Source: a virus (lineage: Duplodnaviria > Caudoviricetes). From it: a DNA stretch of 64,000 bases. The first letter of the stretch is position 1. Every line of letters begins with the position of its first letter. The DNA lies in IMG/VR virus record IMGVR_UViG_3300014208_000026, positions 1 to 64,000 of that record; one strand, written 5' to 3'. Made by a program: the position numbers and the translations under genes. Below, piece after piece: positions 63,309 to 64,000 of this stretch. Under the pieces are notes generated by a model that searched no databases, had not been told where the DNA came from, and saw only the letters and a list, made by a program, of their open reading frames with translations.

Positions 63309-64000
63309 ATGGATGACAAGCAACTCCGAAAAACTTTGGTGCGGTTGGCTCACCAGAAGCCCGAGCTTCGTGGGAGGCTTCTGCCCCTGATCCGTACCGC
63401 GGCAGTGAAGCGTCCGGAAGAGTTCAAGCACCTCAAACGTTACACCTCTTCTGATCTGCGGGAGTTCTGTGACTCTCTGTACACGAAGAATTTCCTCCGG
63501 ATGAAAACCCACGACGCCTGGAAAACAGGGATGCTCCTCTCCTCTCCTATGTACGCTCTGGGTTCGGGGTTGTTGGGTTCGTTTGGCGGGCCAGTGGGCA
63601 AGGCGATCCGTGAACGTTCATTGAAACCGATTCTTGCAGGGGCTGCGGACCCAGGCGGGAAGATTCTGGACGGTATCCTGCGTACGATTGGGCCGGACAA
63701 CGTTTTGGAACTGATGTCAGGGGAAAAATACGCTTTCATCACCTGGATTACGGACAACGGGGAAAACGTTGTGTCGGTGTCTTTCCTCCCTGACAAAGAG
63801 AAGAAGGCCCCTGGCGTTGGAATGAAAGTTTTTGAAATCACGGACTACCTTCAGGCTCATGGTCTGATTCCGTCCGGCGGTGGTTCCCAGTGGAATTACT
63901 ATGGTCTGGAAAGCAAACCTGGGGAGGGACCCTTCGTTCGTCTTGGGAAGAGGACGATTCGATTGGTGTGGCGTAGTCGGCGTACGGATCAGTGGGCTCC
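63309..64000 (+). CDS. protein with the same leader, runs off the window (not in ORF track)
   Basis: Manual translation: MDDKQLRKTLVRLAHQKPELRGRLLPLIRTAA..., open to the end. Confidence 0.72.
   Translation, partial: MDDKQLRKTLVRLAHQKPELRGRLLPLIRTAAVKRPEEFKHLKRYTSSDLREFCDSLYTKNFLRMKTHDAWKTGMLLSSPMYALGSGLLGSFGGPVGKAIRERSLKPILAGAADPGGKILDGILRTIGPDNVLELMSGEKYAFITWITDNGENVVSVSFLPDKEKKAPGVGMKVFEITDYLQAHGLIPSGGGSQWNYYGLESKPGEGPFVRLGKRTIRLVWRSRRTDQWA

Noticed and set aside
1-64000. Alternative genetic code
   Set aside because: Conserved genes are intact under code 11, and TAA, TAG and TGA all end genes.

Overview
This looks like a 64-kb piece of a large, GC-rich phage or phage-like replicon in standard genetic code. 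No ribosomal or core housekeeping operons and no recognisable capsid, tail or terminase genes are present. The left half (about 1-31 kb) is mostly minus-strand accessory genes: an HD phosphohydrolase, a family-4 UDG, a MoxR AAA+ with two vWA proteins, GroEL and a nucleotidyltransferase. It also holds a plus-strand operon of modular proteins ending in an intein-containing SNF2 helicase. The right half (about 33-64 kb) is entirely plus-strand replication, recombination and transcription genes: Pol III delta', delta, gamma/tau and beta, a class II RNR with three inteins, RecD2, two DNA MTases, SSB, RuvC, RecA, SbcD with a split SbcC, a primase core, NusG and a tandem sigma-4 protein. At the junction (about 32.3-34.6 kb) are a promoter-driven structured RNA candidate, a GATC/iteron-like cluster, a period-3 repeat tract and a solo TnpB. 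Strand composition appears to flip here, so I infer a replication origin. Strongest novelties: (1) two tandem tRNA-like RNAs with a shared scaffold and 9-nt anticodon loops, apparently co-transcribed with an unknown 462-aa protein; (2) proteins sharing (K/R)xA(A/S) linkers, a RVAxR(F/W/Y) motif and an LAHxxPxxRxxLLPL leader, suggesting a virion-cargo targeting and processing system that includes a sigma-like protein; (3) four promoter classes, including seven exactly spaced GTTTCATT-N12-GGYGTATA copies; (4) an SbcC/Rad50 split at the zinc hook. All family assignments are from motif recognition by eye; no database search was run.
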